Positions 46,792 through 58,749 of a stretch of DNA of 64,000 bases are shown here, one piece after another. The stretch is from the NCBI GenBank assembly GCA_002269645.1, contig NIVC01003577.1, positions 26,161-90,160 on the forward strand, read 5' to 3'. Both the position numbers and the translations under genes were made by a program. Position 1 is the stretch's first letter. Every line of letters begins with the position of its first letter. A model generated the notes under the pieces. It saw nothing but the letters and a program-made list of their open reading frames with translations. It made no database searches and was not told where the DNA came from. Source of the DNA: Macrostomum lignano. Taxonomy: Eukaryota.

Positions 46792-48506
46792 AATGTAGAC
46801 AGAATGCAAATTTTTGCTGTTTTTACAGTATAATTTATATATTTACACGTACATGTACACATAAAAGTTGAATTTCAGTGACTCCTTCAATTATGAGGTG
46901 GATTCAGCGCGATATACAATATAGCTACAGGTACTTATAAGAAAAATATTGAGTTACACGTACAAGCTACATTGACCGTGCATGCGTCCGTCACATTTTT
47001 TGTACAGCATGGCGTCTTGCTAAGTCCCTCACAGCTGTGCTGCAGCAGCAGTCGGTCCGAGATCGCACCCAGCTCGCATAATATAAGAGAGGCTTATGCA
47101 CAGTCCCTGTTGAATCAATCGATTATCAAATCCTCTTGACTGCACACTCCTCCCGTGCCACTCCACAGAATGGCGCGTAACAGCTACACTCTAGTCTGTC
47201 TGTCCATTCTGGAACGGTCCACTGAAAACGATTACATGCAGTTTTTATTATATTGATTTAAAAGCGCTGTACTGTAAACTTTAGCTTAGAATTTCACGGT
47301 TATGATAGGAACTTTTCTACAGCCATTCTTTGGTCGATGTGGGACCATGATCGACCGTTGCAGAGGTTCTTGAGCTAGAAGGGACGATGTTAGCTTAAAG
47401 TGGACCGCAAAATGAATTACTATACATATATGCACCGTATATTATATGTACTCTCTTGCGTATGAGCTCTTCTCCGGCCAAGGCCATGGCGTGTGATATC
47501 ATATTATGGTCATGTACGAGTATGTACATGTACTCGTACATGGTGCATGATGCGCGCTCGTACATAAATTCGGGCAAGTCATTAAATACAAAGTATATTA
47601 GCTGTACATACAATGGTTGTTCGCATAATAAATTAATCTATTCCTTTTAGAAGACTTTTTTCAGTTGGAAATTTCCACCAATGGCGGAGGGTGGCCCAAA
47701 TAAGGCGATCTGGCCATGATGCATGCAGTAGAACAATGTTCCGATCGAGTAGATTGCAGCTTTTCCCCAGCTCCAACACACCACCTCTCCAAACTTGAAT
47801 TAAATGACGTATACTAGAAGAGAAATGGGTACCCAGCTATTTGAAGATGTACATATAGCCACGCCCCTTGCAGATTCTGTACGCAGTAGTAGTACCCATG
47901 CAAGGCCGTGATCAAATTTAATTATTGCATGTATACACTTTTTAACGCTGTTACTAAGTGGATTATTCATCTGAAGAGATTGAATACGTAATTTTCATAT
48001 TTCCTAAATAGTAGCAATATATTGTTAAATAATATTATAAATATACTAAGGGAAAGATTCACATTCACTTAACAGATCAATTTTGATTAAACATCTAAAT
48101 TGAAATATTTCTCAATTTATCGTTGTTTTTAACTAAGGTATGCATTAAAATAAACTTAATCATGTGAATAATATCGTCATTATTTTATCGCTTCATCCGA
48201 TGAGCTTTATTCGTGCATTTTGTTTATCGCTTGACTATTCTTTCAAAGAAACTTGCATTTTAAATTTACGATATCATGTGCCTGCTAGGCACGCGGGGCC
48301 TGGCTGGCTGGTGGTAGTTGTTGCAACAGTTTTATCATGTTAAGTTCGACCTAAAATAAAGTATATCTATTCATTACCGAATGATAATATTTATTGTGCC
48401 TGTCATCACTAACTTCTTTTATTTTCAAGTTTAGTGCTTCAGTTTAATTAGCAAAAACATGAGTATGCCACTGTCGATGCCAGTTTCTTATCCTAATCAT
48501 AATAAT

Positions 48507-48563
48507 ATGGTCACGCCACGTGTCATCGAAGAGGAAATGAAAGAGTTTTTTCTTTTTGTGAAG
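48507..48563 (+). CDS. MED23: Candidate first coding exon of MED23 (MVTPRVIEEEMKEFFLFVK)
   Basis: ATG plus phase-0 donor AAG|GTAGGC compatible with the acceptor at 54924; only weak similarity to the MED23 N-terminus. Confidence 0.3.
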
Positions 48564-48973
48564 GTAGGCTATCTATAGTCAGATATTATTGTTATATTCC
48601 TTGCAAGTATAATTACTACCTTTGATTTTTATTAAAATGCAAAGCCAAAACACTTATTATGGCCTATCTGCTAGGGCAGCTAGGCTACTGCTATTCCTTT
48701 TGACAAATAGATTTAAAATAATCTGTAGGTCCTAGTTATGCCAGATAGGCTTAAAATTGTCAAAAGGCAAGATCAGTTTCTAAAGGATCTTATAGATTGT
48801 AAGTCTGCATATAGTTTATATTATAGAATAGATGTAGGTACTGCAATATTTTATTTCAGTTAGGCTTTTGGCCTAACTAGGCCTAAACCAAGGCAAATAG
48901 TATTATTTTAAACTGTCTCAGGCCCTGTTTTGAAGATTGTGAAAGCCATTTTGTCAATAAACTTGAGCTGGGT

Positions 48974-49492
48974 CCATAGTCAGGAAGGTGGCAGTTTGGT
49001 CGGAAAATTCCGGCGCACACAAGCCCTTTTTGGGCACACAACGGCGCACAATGGCGCACAGCGCTGCGCCACATGCAGCGTTACCCTTGTGGCGATCCCA
49101 TGTAACGATGTAAGTCGTTACTTGTTACAGTACACTATTCACTGTTCTATCTAATGTAACACTGCATTCTACCAAAAAATAAAAAATAAAATAAAATATT
49201 TTCCTTTTCCTTTTTACCTTTGTTTTTGCCATTTGCTTACTTTTTATGTTTGTTTTGTTTAAAAAATTAGAAATTAAATTAAAAATTTTTTAAATTTCTA
49301 TTTTCGGTTTAACGATCTCAATTTCTCATAATTGTTGCTATGTTGTAAAAAAAGGTCTTTTTTTGTCGCAAGGCAGGTAGTGGTGGGCGCACAACGGCGC
49401 ACACGAGGGTTTTTGTGTCGGCGCACGGCGCACAATTTTGGGAGAGGCCAAAATTTGTTCCGGCGCACACTCTGCCACCTTCCTGACTATGG
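48974..49492. mobile_element. MITE (hAT/P-type), 519 bp
   Basis: Perfect 21-bp TIR CCATAGTCAGGAAGGTGGCAG; 8-bp TSD AGCTGGGT (48966-48973, 49493-49500); subterminal CGGCGCACA repeats at both ends. Confidence 0.93.
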
Positions 49493-49534
49493 AGCTGGGT
49501 TTAGGTTAAGCCCTTAATGTTTTAAAGCTAGGTG

Positions 49535-51110
49535 TAAAATTGGGCTTCTTTAAGTTTATCTTGATAAATTAGTTGCAATTTTAATAGGAGCATAATTTTG
49601 TCTCTATAGGGGTTTTTGATAGTGCTGATTTCAAATTTGAGCTTCATTTTTTGGTAGCTTGAACCCAACTATACATAGGCACTTAAAACCAACCATTTGG
49701 ACATAGGGAATAAGGGGTTTTAGAGGGCTTCTAGACTAGACAGTCTAGCAACAAGACAATCTGGCAACAGACAATCCAGCAATAGACAATCTGGCAGCAG
49801 ATATTAAATCAATGTATATTAGCATATACGAGCTATATAGATTAGTTGAGCTATTATTCTTAGCATTTTATTATTATTAATATTATTATTATATATTATA
49901 ATTATAAATTATAATTATTATCCATGTAGCATTTGTTACATTAAATGCGGGTTACATATACATGTTAAAAAACATGTATAAGTTGCAATGCAAATAGTAT
50001 TTTTTTGGTTTGATTGACTCTTGAATATTGTCAACGCAAATACAATATTAATATATACAACATTATTGATCATAGCCATACAAACTTGCTTTCCAAGCAG
50101 ATTAAATTGATTGATTATATTTGCAAATAACATTTTGAAAATCAACAGCCATGTACATATACAGCTATCAAAATATAACTACAAGAATTATATTTTATGT
50201 GATTTTTATTTAATTATTTTAGTATTAATAGGTAATACTTTGCAAAAAAGCTAGTTTTTTGAATATTTAATCCCTTTAGCATCTAGCAATATCTTAGCCA
50301 CAATGCATGTACCGTCATAGAAAAATTTCTGATTGAATGGTGCAAGTTTAAACAAAATCAGTTGAGCCATTCGGGAGATAATCAATTGCGCACAAGCAAA
50401 CATACAAACAACTCATTTTTAGTATATGGACTAGCTAGGGTAGGCTGTCTGCTAGCATCCAGAATTTTTATTATACCCCCCCCTTAATTGGTTACGCAAG
50501 TTAAATAGAGTAATTATCTGGGCAGTGGGGTGCAGTTTGTTTTCTTATCAGTTGGTGTCGATGCAATCATTAAAATTGGCTGTGAATTCTCTCGCTGCGC
50601 GCAGGCTGATAAAATTTGCATTAAAAAAGCCCATTTAAAACAGTTTTTCTAATATTTAATCCCTTTAGCAATGAGCTAGAGCTTAATAAAAATACATGTA
50701 CTGTCCCGGGCACATTTGACATCTTTTGGCGAAGAAACGGAGAAAATCGGTTGAGCCTTTTTGGAGATAATTGATTGCATACAAGCATTCAAGCAAACAA
50801 TTTTACCATTTTTAGAATACTAGAAGACTAGATTAAAAAGCAAAAAATAATAGCTTAACTGTTCCATATATATGCTGATATACATTGATTTAATATCTGT
50901 TGCTAGATCGTCTATTGCCAGATTGACTATTGCCAGATTGTCTGTTGCCAGATCATCTTGTCGCCGGATTGACTGGGTACCTTTTAGAGTGGGGAGATTC
51001 TTCATAGGGATTGATTTTATCAACATAAACTTGAATAGAGGCATGGAGACCTATTCAAGATAGTGTTGATAAATTCTAGACTCAGTGGAGGGGTACCCTA
51101 CTAGAAGATC
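49535..51110 (-). mobile_element. Dispersed repeat copy (same family as 53590-54360) split by an insertion at 49726-50981
   Basis: Reverse complements of 50990-51110 and 49535-49717 join into a sequence collinear with 54130-54350 (...ATGAAGATTC...CATTCCC.ATGTCC...AAAAATGAAGCTCAAATTTGAAATCAG.ACTATCAAAAAC). Confidence 0.75.
49726..50981. mobile_element. Non-autonomous TIR element (Merlin-like), 1256 bp
   Basis: 8-bp TSD TTTTAGAG (49718-49725, 50982-50989); GG termini; ~140-bp imperfect TIRs built from GCAACAGACAATCT repeats. Confidence 0.7.
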
Positions 51111-51457
51111 AATGACCAAATACTAAGGCATATGCCATTAGGAATGTTTTGGGGGTTTTTTAGGATAAAGGAACCGTAAAAAACCATAAAATTTAAAAAA
51201 GAGGAAACCATGACAAGGCAATTATTTGACATTATAACAAAACTGAATATCAAATTAGATAAAGTAATTTGTATTCACTATACATTATAATTGGAAAATG
51301 ATTAATATTACTTGTGATTGTTTAATTTTATATTAACAAAACAAGTTAACTTATTTTTTGTTTCAAAAATGGTTCCTTTTTAAATAAAAATTTCATTGAA
51401 GCAATTTTTATTGAATTCTCATTGACACCATAGTCAATTAATAAACTGAGGTTGCAC

Positions 51458-51740
51458 CATACATGTGCAACCTCCAAAATTCGGTCGGCCGTGCAACTTA
51501 GTTTTAACAAAAATGCGACGTAGTTTTTGGCCAAAAATGCAACTTACATGTAAAAAACCCTAAAGTAAAATAACCACAACTTTGGGTAAACGGCAGGAGT
51601 AACTATAACTGTATTATTAAGCCAAAATGCCTCGTCAGCTACTTAGTACTACTACTTTGGTTTTTTTCGGGTGGGCATTTTTGCAACTTCTTTGGTTGGC
51701 CGCCAAATCGGTCGACTCGGCCGACTGTTGCACATGTATG
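51458..51740. mobile_element. MITE (P/hAT-type), 283 bp
   Basis: 14-bp TIR CATACATGTGCAAC / GTTGCACATGTATG; 8-bp TSD GGTTGCAC (51450-51457, 51741-51748). Confidence 0.9.
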
Positions 51741-53589
51741 GGTTGCACCATTATAGAATGTAGTTTTTTGGTGATTATATTGCTTTTTTTATCATTTTGA
51801 GCACTCCCAAGTGTCTGGTCAAAATTTTAGAAAAATCAAAAAATTGGAAGCATTTTATCAACATAAACTTGAAGAAGCCTATAAAATTTTTGTAAAGTTA
51901 AAGTCTTGTAAAAGGAATAAAGTAAAGCTTTTTATGGTCACTATATATAAAAAGCAGAATGGCTATTTTAGCTATTTATTATTTGCATTCTATAGAATAA
52001 TCAATATATGCCAAATATATATTTGATTATATTGTATGTTAATACCTTTTCCATTGAATTTTGACAAACTTGCATTCTATTTTGCAAAGCTTATTTTCAG
52101 CTTTATAATTGGTGCATGACTAAGACAATCATGAACCAAGATCGCCGTAGCTATTACTGGTATTGAGGGGGAGCTACCAATCTTCTAGCATTGCTATTCT
52201 TCTCATAAGTCATAGGTTCTTTTCTCACAGCCTTGTCCTGCTAGCTCTCCTATCCACTCATCTCTCTAGCACCATCTAATTAACACATTGAGCCAAATTT
52301 CTCCTAGCTCCCCTAAGTGTGGCAGTCTTGGTATGTGGTGGTCTTGGTACTATACCTTATAATTCTATATGTAGCTAATTCAACTATCATTCAAATTTGA
52401 CCAAGGAGTATCAAGTTTTGGAAATATGATATTTTATTTATTTTATATTATACAAAGACAAAATTAAAAAAAACATTGCTCTTATATATAGATTTTGCAA
52501 TTAATTTTGGTATTGCATTCTATTTTAAGATGACATTTTTGGTGCTATTTATAGTGTACTGTATCAATGTTTAGCATACCTTTCTTAAGCCAATAACAAG
52601 TATTAGGACTTCTTGAACTTTAGGAATATAAAATATGTCCAATTTTCTGGTTTTTCTAAAAACTTTTACTCGAGTCTTAGAGGCTATCTAAAATGATAAT
52701 AAAGCAAAAAAAACTGCAAAAAATTACCTACAGAGTTAACAGGAGCTCAATTTGGTAATCCCCTATATAATTAGTGATAATTTGATGCAAGCAATTTCTG
52801 GGGGGATGCTTGCTATCTGGGTGGATACTTCAACAATATCTGGTGGATGCTTGCTATCTAGGTGGATGCTTGCTATCTGCCATTGCTTACTTTTGGAGGG
52901 GGTGCTTGCTATATAGAAGGATGCTTGCTTTCTTAGGAATATTTTCTATTTAGGGGGAATGTCTTTTATCTTTGTGAAAGCTATATTTTGTTGTCTGTTT
53001 GTTGATTTTGGAAAAAGAGATTCATAGCAAACATCATTGTCTGTGAAAATTTTCCATGAATAAGGTGATTTTTTAAACTGAAGATGGAATTGGTGTTTAA
53101 GAAAATGTGCTCTTTTCATTTTTCTTTCCATGAACTATTTTTGCTCCTTGCTTATTGGGTGCCCCAAAGGGGGGCCACAGCCACACTAGATTGCTAGTTC
53201 ACTCTAAAAAACATTTAGGAGGTTAGATTTTTAACTCTAATAAAAGGAGTGTCTATTCTAATTTTTCTTCACTCAGTTTGTTATAGTGCATGGAGAGTGC
53301 CACATCAAATTTGTGTTTTTAAAAAATGCTGACTCCTGGTTCACCACCACCTTCACCTCCTGCTTTTGATTTGCTGTTGTTCTCTCATGGTTGTGACTAA
53401 CTGTACATTCTTTACTTGTTTGCCTATACTTAATTTCTACTAATCTGCATTTTTTTCTCTATTCTCAATGGTAACTATAGCTGCTTATATCAATTAGTTT
53501 GATAAGATTATAATTTTTTCTTAATGGAGGTATTTGATAACTTGCTGAATGTTTTACTTAAGCTTCATTACATTTCCACCCTGGACCCC

Positions 53590-54240
53590 TCAGTCTCCAA
53601 ATTTATCTACCTAATCTACAATAGACCCCCATGCCTCTATTGAAGTTTAGGTAGGTAAAATCAATCCCCATGAAGATTCTCCTTACCCTAAACCCCCCAT
53701 TCCCTATCCCAGTAGTTGGTAGTTATCGGCCCACCCACCCCCCCCTCTGATCAGACCCCCCCCCTTGGGTTCAGAATTTACCTATCTAATCTTCAATAGA
53801 CCCCATGCCTCTATTGAAGTTTAGGTAGGTAAAATCAATCCCCATGAAGATTCTCCTTACCCTAAACCCCCCATTCCCTATCCCAGTAGTTGGTAGTTAT
53901 CGGCCCACCCCACCCCCCCCCCTCTGATCAGACCCCCCCCTTGGGTTCAGAATTTACCTATCTAATCTTCAATAGACCCCCATGCCTCTATTAAAGTTTA
54001 AGTAGGTAAAATCAATCCCCATGAAGATTCTCCTTACCCTAAACCCCCCATTCCCTATCCCAGTAGTTGGTAGTTATCGGCCCACCCCACCCCCCCCCTC
54101 TGATCAGACCCCCCCCCTTGGGTTCAGAATTTACCTATCTAATCTTCAATAGACCCCCATGCCTCTATTAAAGTTTAAGTAGGTAAAATCAATCCCCATG
54201 AAGATTCTTCCCACCCTAAAACCCCCATTCCCCATGTCCC
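53590..54240 (+). repeat. ~175-176-bp tandem repeat (about 3.5 copies) inside a dispersed element
   Basis: CAATAGACCCC recurs at about 53619, 53794, 53970 and 54146. Confidence 0.93.
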
Positions 54241-54923
54241 GGTGGTTGGCTTTAAGCTATGAAAAAATGAAGCTCAAATTTGAAATCAGTACTATCAAAA
54301 ACCTCTATAGAGACAAAATTATGATCCTATCAAAACTGCAACTATTTTATCTACCTAAAGTTCAAGAAGTCCAAGTATTGCAATTGCATATTGCTTTTAA
54401 TAGTATCCTTTAAAATTAATGCTCTTTTGGGTGCAACTACTACTTCTACTTTGTACTAAGATGCCTAGCTTACATAAAGTTAAATCAATGGAGACTGACT
54501 GATTCAGAGTAACTTTATTAACTAAATGGAATAAACTAACTTTATGTAAGTACTAAAAGTACTATAAGCTACAACTATTGATACTTGTTGTTTTTCAATA
54601 TTAAAATATGGTAATTTGGGTACCCACTGCTTGAAGTATACTCCCAAAAAGCAAGTAATTCAAAAAGCTATAGTTGTGCCTAAAGTAAACTTAACCGTAT
54701 TGTGTTAAAAACACATTTCATTTAAAAGTGTGAATGCATGAAAAAATGTACTCTTTTAAAATTGTCTAGGAAGTTTCTTCTACTATATACTACTGATGTC
54801 AGCAATTATATCCATATTAGAAATTAAAGCCATATGTATACTAATTGAATTTTAAACCTTTTTTTCTTAGCTAGATTTATGTTATTTTTATGTCAAAATT
54901 TATCTAAAAAATATCGTTGACAG

Positions 54924-55087
54924 GAGAACCATGTGTCTGACATTGCTCTGTATCGGCTGGGCTCATACCAGCGACTAAGTGGCAGTCAGTCTTCGCCAAA
55001 TTCTGCCAGCGAGAACAGCTATCTTGCTGGGATGCTGACAGCTTTTTGCCTAGCTATGTGATCGACACCTTTCGGCCTTTTAATCTG
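54924..55087 (+). CDS. MED23: MED23 exon (one-base deletion as assembled, or an alternative acceptor)
   Basis: Acceptor TTGACAG|GAG, donor CTG|GTGAGT; 164 nt. Adding one A at CGACTAAGTGG gives ENHVSDIALYRLGSYQRLKWQSVFAKF...VIDTFRPFNL. Confidence 0.55.
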
Positions 55088-55139
55088 GTGAGTTTTTATT
55101 GAGGAGGATCAAGGAAAATGGTTAGCAGTTCACGGGAGG

Positions 55140-55835
55140 TTCAGTGACAAGGTTCAGGGACGAGAGTTAGCAACCACTGGAAGCTCAGGGACAAGAGTTA
55201 ACAGACACTGAAGGTTCAGGGACAAGAGTTAGCAACCACTGGAAGCTCAGGGACAAGAGTTAACAGACACTGAAGGTTCAGGGACAAGAGTTAGCAACCA
55301 CTGGAAGCTCAGGGACAAGAGTTAACAGACCGCTGAAGGTTCAGGAACAATACTGTATAGGCCACTGAAGGTTCAAGGACAAGACTGAGTAGGCTACTAA
55401 AGGTTCAAGGACAAGACTGAGTAGGCTACTGAAGGTTCAGGGGCAAGACTGAATAGGCTACTGAAGGTTCAGGGGCAAGACTGAGTAGGCTACTGAAGGT
55501 TCAGGGACAAGACTGAGTAGGCTGCTGAAGGTTCAGGGACAAGACTGAGTAGGCTACTGAAGGTTCAGGGGCAAGACTGAATAGGCTACTGAAGGTTCAG
55601 GGACAAGACTGAGTAGGCTGCTGAAGGTTCAGGGACAAGACTGAGTAGGCTACTGAAGGTTCAGGGGCAAGACTGAATAGGCTACTGAAGGTTCAGGGAC
55701 AAGAATTAGCAGTCCACTAAAGGTTCAGCAACAAGGGTTAGCAGTCCACTAAAGGTTCAGCAACAAGGGTTAGCAGTCCACTAAAGGTTCAGGGACAAGG
55801 CTGAGCAGTCCACTAAAGGTTCAGGGACAAAGTTT
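55140..55835. repeat. 32-bp minisatellite (CTGAAGGTTCAGGGACAAGACTGAGTAGGCTA and variants)
   Basis: Direct inspection. Confidence 0.94.
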
Positions 55836-55901
55836 AGCAAACCGTTGAAGGTCCTGAAAAAAGATTTTTCGTCTTCAAAAAAGTACATTCTCAACTTTCA
55901 G

Positions 55902-56026
55902 GAGGACCGCAAACGAGCAGTGAAACTGTACATCAGCCACGTCATGGAGGAGTTCCTTGATCGCGTGTTAGTCAGCTGTCTGGAAGTATTTTATCCGCTT
56001 ATTAACAGCGGATTACTGTCTGCCAA
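55902..56026 (+). CDS. MED23: Mediator subunit 23 exon
   Basis: EDRKRAVKLYISHV...PLINSGLLSA aligns without gaps to human ESHEQCIQWIVKFI...AVETGLLPP (from memory); acceptor TTTCAG|GAG, donor AA|GTTAGT. Confidence 0.75.
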
Positions 56027-56228
56027 GTTAGTGCCTTTCAGTAATGTTTGCTTGGTTACAATAAATGGTGTACAACATCTATTATTAAGATGCTCTCTCA
56101 CACTTTCACATCATGAATGAGTTAGCTGTTCATGGATTCATTAAGGCTGAGTTATTCGGTTCGTTTTGCCCAGTTTATAAAACTCAGTTTCAAAGTGTCG
56201 CCCCGAACGAAAATCACCCCCTACTCAG

Positions 56229-56427
56229 GCACATCTGTGACGAGTTGTTGGTCTCTCACGACGATATCATGCGAAATCCGGCCTTCTTTAAAGAGGCCGT
56301 GACAGTGATGGATCGTCTGGTCAGACAGATGGACTACAAAGGCTGCAGGGATCTGTTTGGAAAAGTGTTGGGCTTGTACAAGACTTTCAGCGAAGGTGAA
56401 GACAAAGTCTTTGTTCCTGCGTTCAAG
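56229..56427 (+). CDS. MED23: Mediator subunit 23 exon
   Basis: HICDELL...VRQMDYKGCRDLFGKVL matches MED23 LVCESLI...IGGVDYKGVRDLLKVIL; acceptor CTACTCAG|G, donor AAG|GTTTGT. Confidence 0.88.
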
Positions 56428-56860
56428 GTTTGTTGCAATATTGTTTTGTTTGTTTAACAACGCTTTTAAATCTCACAAATGGCGCCTTTTAAATTCAACA
56501 AATGGCACTTTTTAAAGCCTACAAATGGCGCTTTTTAAATCCTAAAAATTTCGTTTTTTAATTCTCACAAATGGCGCTTTTAAAATTCAACAAATGGCGC
56601 CTTTGGAATCCTACAAATGACGCTTTCAACTGTACAAGTTGTTTTTTTTATCCGACAATTGAGGCTAATAAATACAAGAAATAAGTAGAGAATTTCTATG
56701 GAATTTATTGAAGCTTTAGTAAGATTTAGAAGTTTACCCGTGTGTAATAAAGTTGCTTACTGTCGATTTCTTTTAAATCAAATATTTATCTTACTTACGA
56801 GCTACAACTCGAAATTATTTATTGCTTTATAACTGTCTGTGACACCCACTGAACCCGCAG

Positions 56861-56965
56861 CTCATCACCACCCTGATGGATCGCTCGCTTTGCCTGATGC
56901 CCGCCTATTTTGCTCTGCACGAAGTGACTAAACTGCCCCCGGCTGAGCAGACCAATCTGCATCCG
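56861..56965 (+). CDS. MED23: Mediator subunit 23 exon
   Basis: LITTLMDRSLCLMPAYFALHEVTKL matches MED23 VIAYILERNACLLPAYFAVTEIRKL; acceptor CCCGCAG|CTC, donor CCG|GTGAGG. Confidence 0.88.
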
Positions 56966-57074
56966 GTGAGGCTGCTGGGCTGATTTATAGATAGATAGAT
57001 AGATAGAAAGACGAAATCAATTAAAAAACCGCACACACAGTGAGAGAAGGTACAATTTGATTTGTTTATAAACT

Positions 57075-57115
57075 AGACCAAATTTTCGGCCAAATCGTAG
57101 CTTTCGTCAGGGTCC
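57075..57115 (-). ncRNA. Minimal type I hammerhead ribozyme motif 1 (stem II base mismatch)
   Basis: GGACC-CUGACGA-A-AGCUACGAUUUGGCC-GAA-AAUU-U/GGUC. Confidence 0.6.
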
Positions 57116-57923
57116 GAAAATTTGTTTTGCGAGAAACAGTAAAGCAATGGTTTATAAAATATGAGCACTCAAAAAGAGTTTGCTGGGGACATTAAAATCA
57201 ATAAATTGTTAGAAGTGATGGGAGCGCAGCGATGAGAGATAAACTGATGAACTAACCCGGCTTGACCACGTGCAGTCAGTGCACGGGGTTTGGATGGGCA
57301 CAGAATGTCTTTTATAGAGGATTTCCAAGTTCCATTTTTTTCAAACACAATTCGTAACTTACCGTAACACCGTCGAGTCACAGTTGAACCGTCTTTCGCT
57401 GTCGACTCCCTTGAACGCTTCCCTTAATTGTGGAAGTCGTTCAAAAGATTCATTCTTCACAATGACTTTGCATTGCGTCCTGGGTGCTCACATCTCAGGT
57501 GTCTGCGTTCAATCGGACGTTCTCCTCAGTCCTCTTGGTTGGCATGGCCGGTCGAATAAAAGTCTTGAGTTGTTCTGTTTTGCTTTGCAGTTATTTTGGG
57601 ATGGTCTGACAGTTTTCATAGTGATGAACAGATCGGGAAGAGTTTCTTGACCAACCGAACCAGCCGGGCATTGTCTACTGTCATCGCACCTTTCGCACTT
57701 CGACGTTTACGAGTACGAGTACAATGATGGTGACATTCTCAGAGCCTCTGTCTTGCGACCTTGACCGGCGCCCATCCCTCCGAAGATGGTACTGGGTATC
57801 AGGTCTCCGACGGTTTGACTGCTGCTGATGCTGCGATTTGCGGGTTTCACCAGCTATCGATATCTATTCTATCGATAAATATGAATAAAGCAGAAATCAG
57901 AAGTCGTACTTTTCTTCAAAACT

Positions 57924-57960
57924 ACCAATATTTCGGCAAAATCGTGGCCTTCGTCAGGTT
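57924..57960 (-). ncRNA. Minimal type I hammerhead ribozyme motif 2 (weak stem I)
   Basis: AAC-CUGACGA-A-GGC(CACGAUUUU)GCC-GAA-AUAU-U/GGU. Confidence 0.6.
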
Positions 57961-58491
57961 AAAAGAAAATAAAATTTTGACAGTGAAGTTATTGCATCAT
58001 AACCAGGTTATTTATACACCAGCTTTGTCTGGGTGCACTAAACAGTGTTGTGTAAAAAGTGTATTAAAGCACACTGATTGGTTAGAGCTTTGCGGCTAAT
58101 GCCTCACACAAAAAATTATAGGCATTAGGAGCTATATAAAGTCACATTGAACGATTATTAAAGTGTGACTAAACAGCTTGAAAGGTATAATGAATACGTT
58201 TTAAAAAAAGTAAATTAAATTGTTATAGAGCACTGAGACCTCACTTAGGCTATCAAACTATCAGGCTATCAGTTGGCGGCGTCTGGACATACGAGTAGAC
58301 CACTTTCTGCTCAGTCCCTGGACACAGACAACTGGGCAGTGCCGTTCAGTAGTTGATGAAGTATATTTGATTCATTGATAGATAAATAGACGTTTGAAAA
58401 AGACCACTCACACATTAGCAGCTCTAACTAAGTTAGCCAAGAAATATCAAAGAGAGACGCAGAGGTCATAACTAATATAAATCAATTTAGT

Positions 58492-58532
58492 GAACCGATA
58501 CTTCGGCTGTGGATTGGCCTTCGTCAGGGTTC
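58492..58532 (-). ncRNA. Minimal type I hammerhead ribozyme motif 3 (GAAA to GAAG variant)
   Basis: GAACC-CUGACGA-A-GGC(CAAUCCACA)GCC-GAA-GUAU-C/GGUUC; perfect 5-bp stem I. Confidence 0.6.
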
Positions 58533-58749
58533 TTAGTATAATTATTAATAACAAAATGCAACGAATTTATATTGTTAGTGGGAAATAAAATATATATGTT
58601 CTTCTAAGTCACTGCATACCCGGCACCGCTGACAGGCGGTAGGAAAACGACACGCCGGGTAGAATATTTGCCGCCACGATAGTCTGATCAGACTCCTTGA
58701 TTCAATCAGGAATTGGCTCCACCGGCTCAATTGTACACTGTAAACCCCA

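Noticed and set aside
57120-57900. Penelope GIY-YIG endonuclease or RT remnant between ribozymes 1 and 2
   Set aside because: Manual translation showed no GIY-YIG or RT motifs, only short broken frames.
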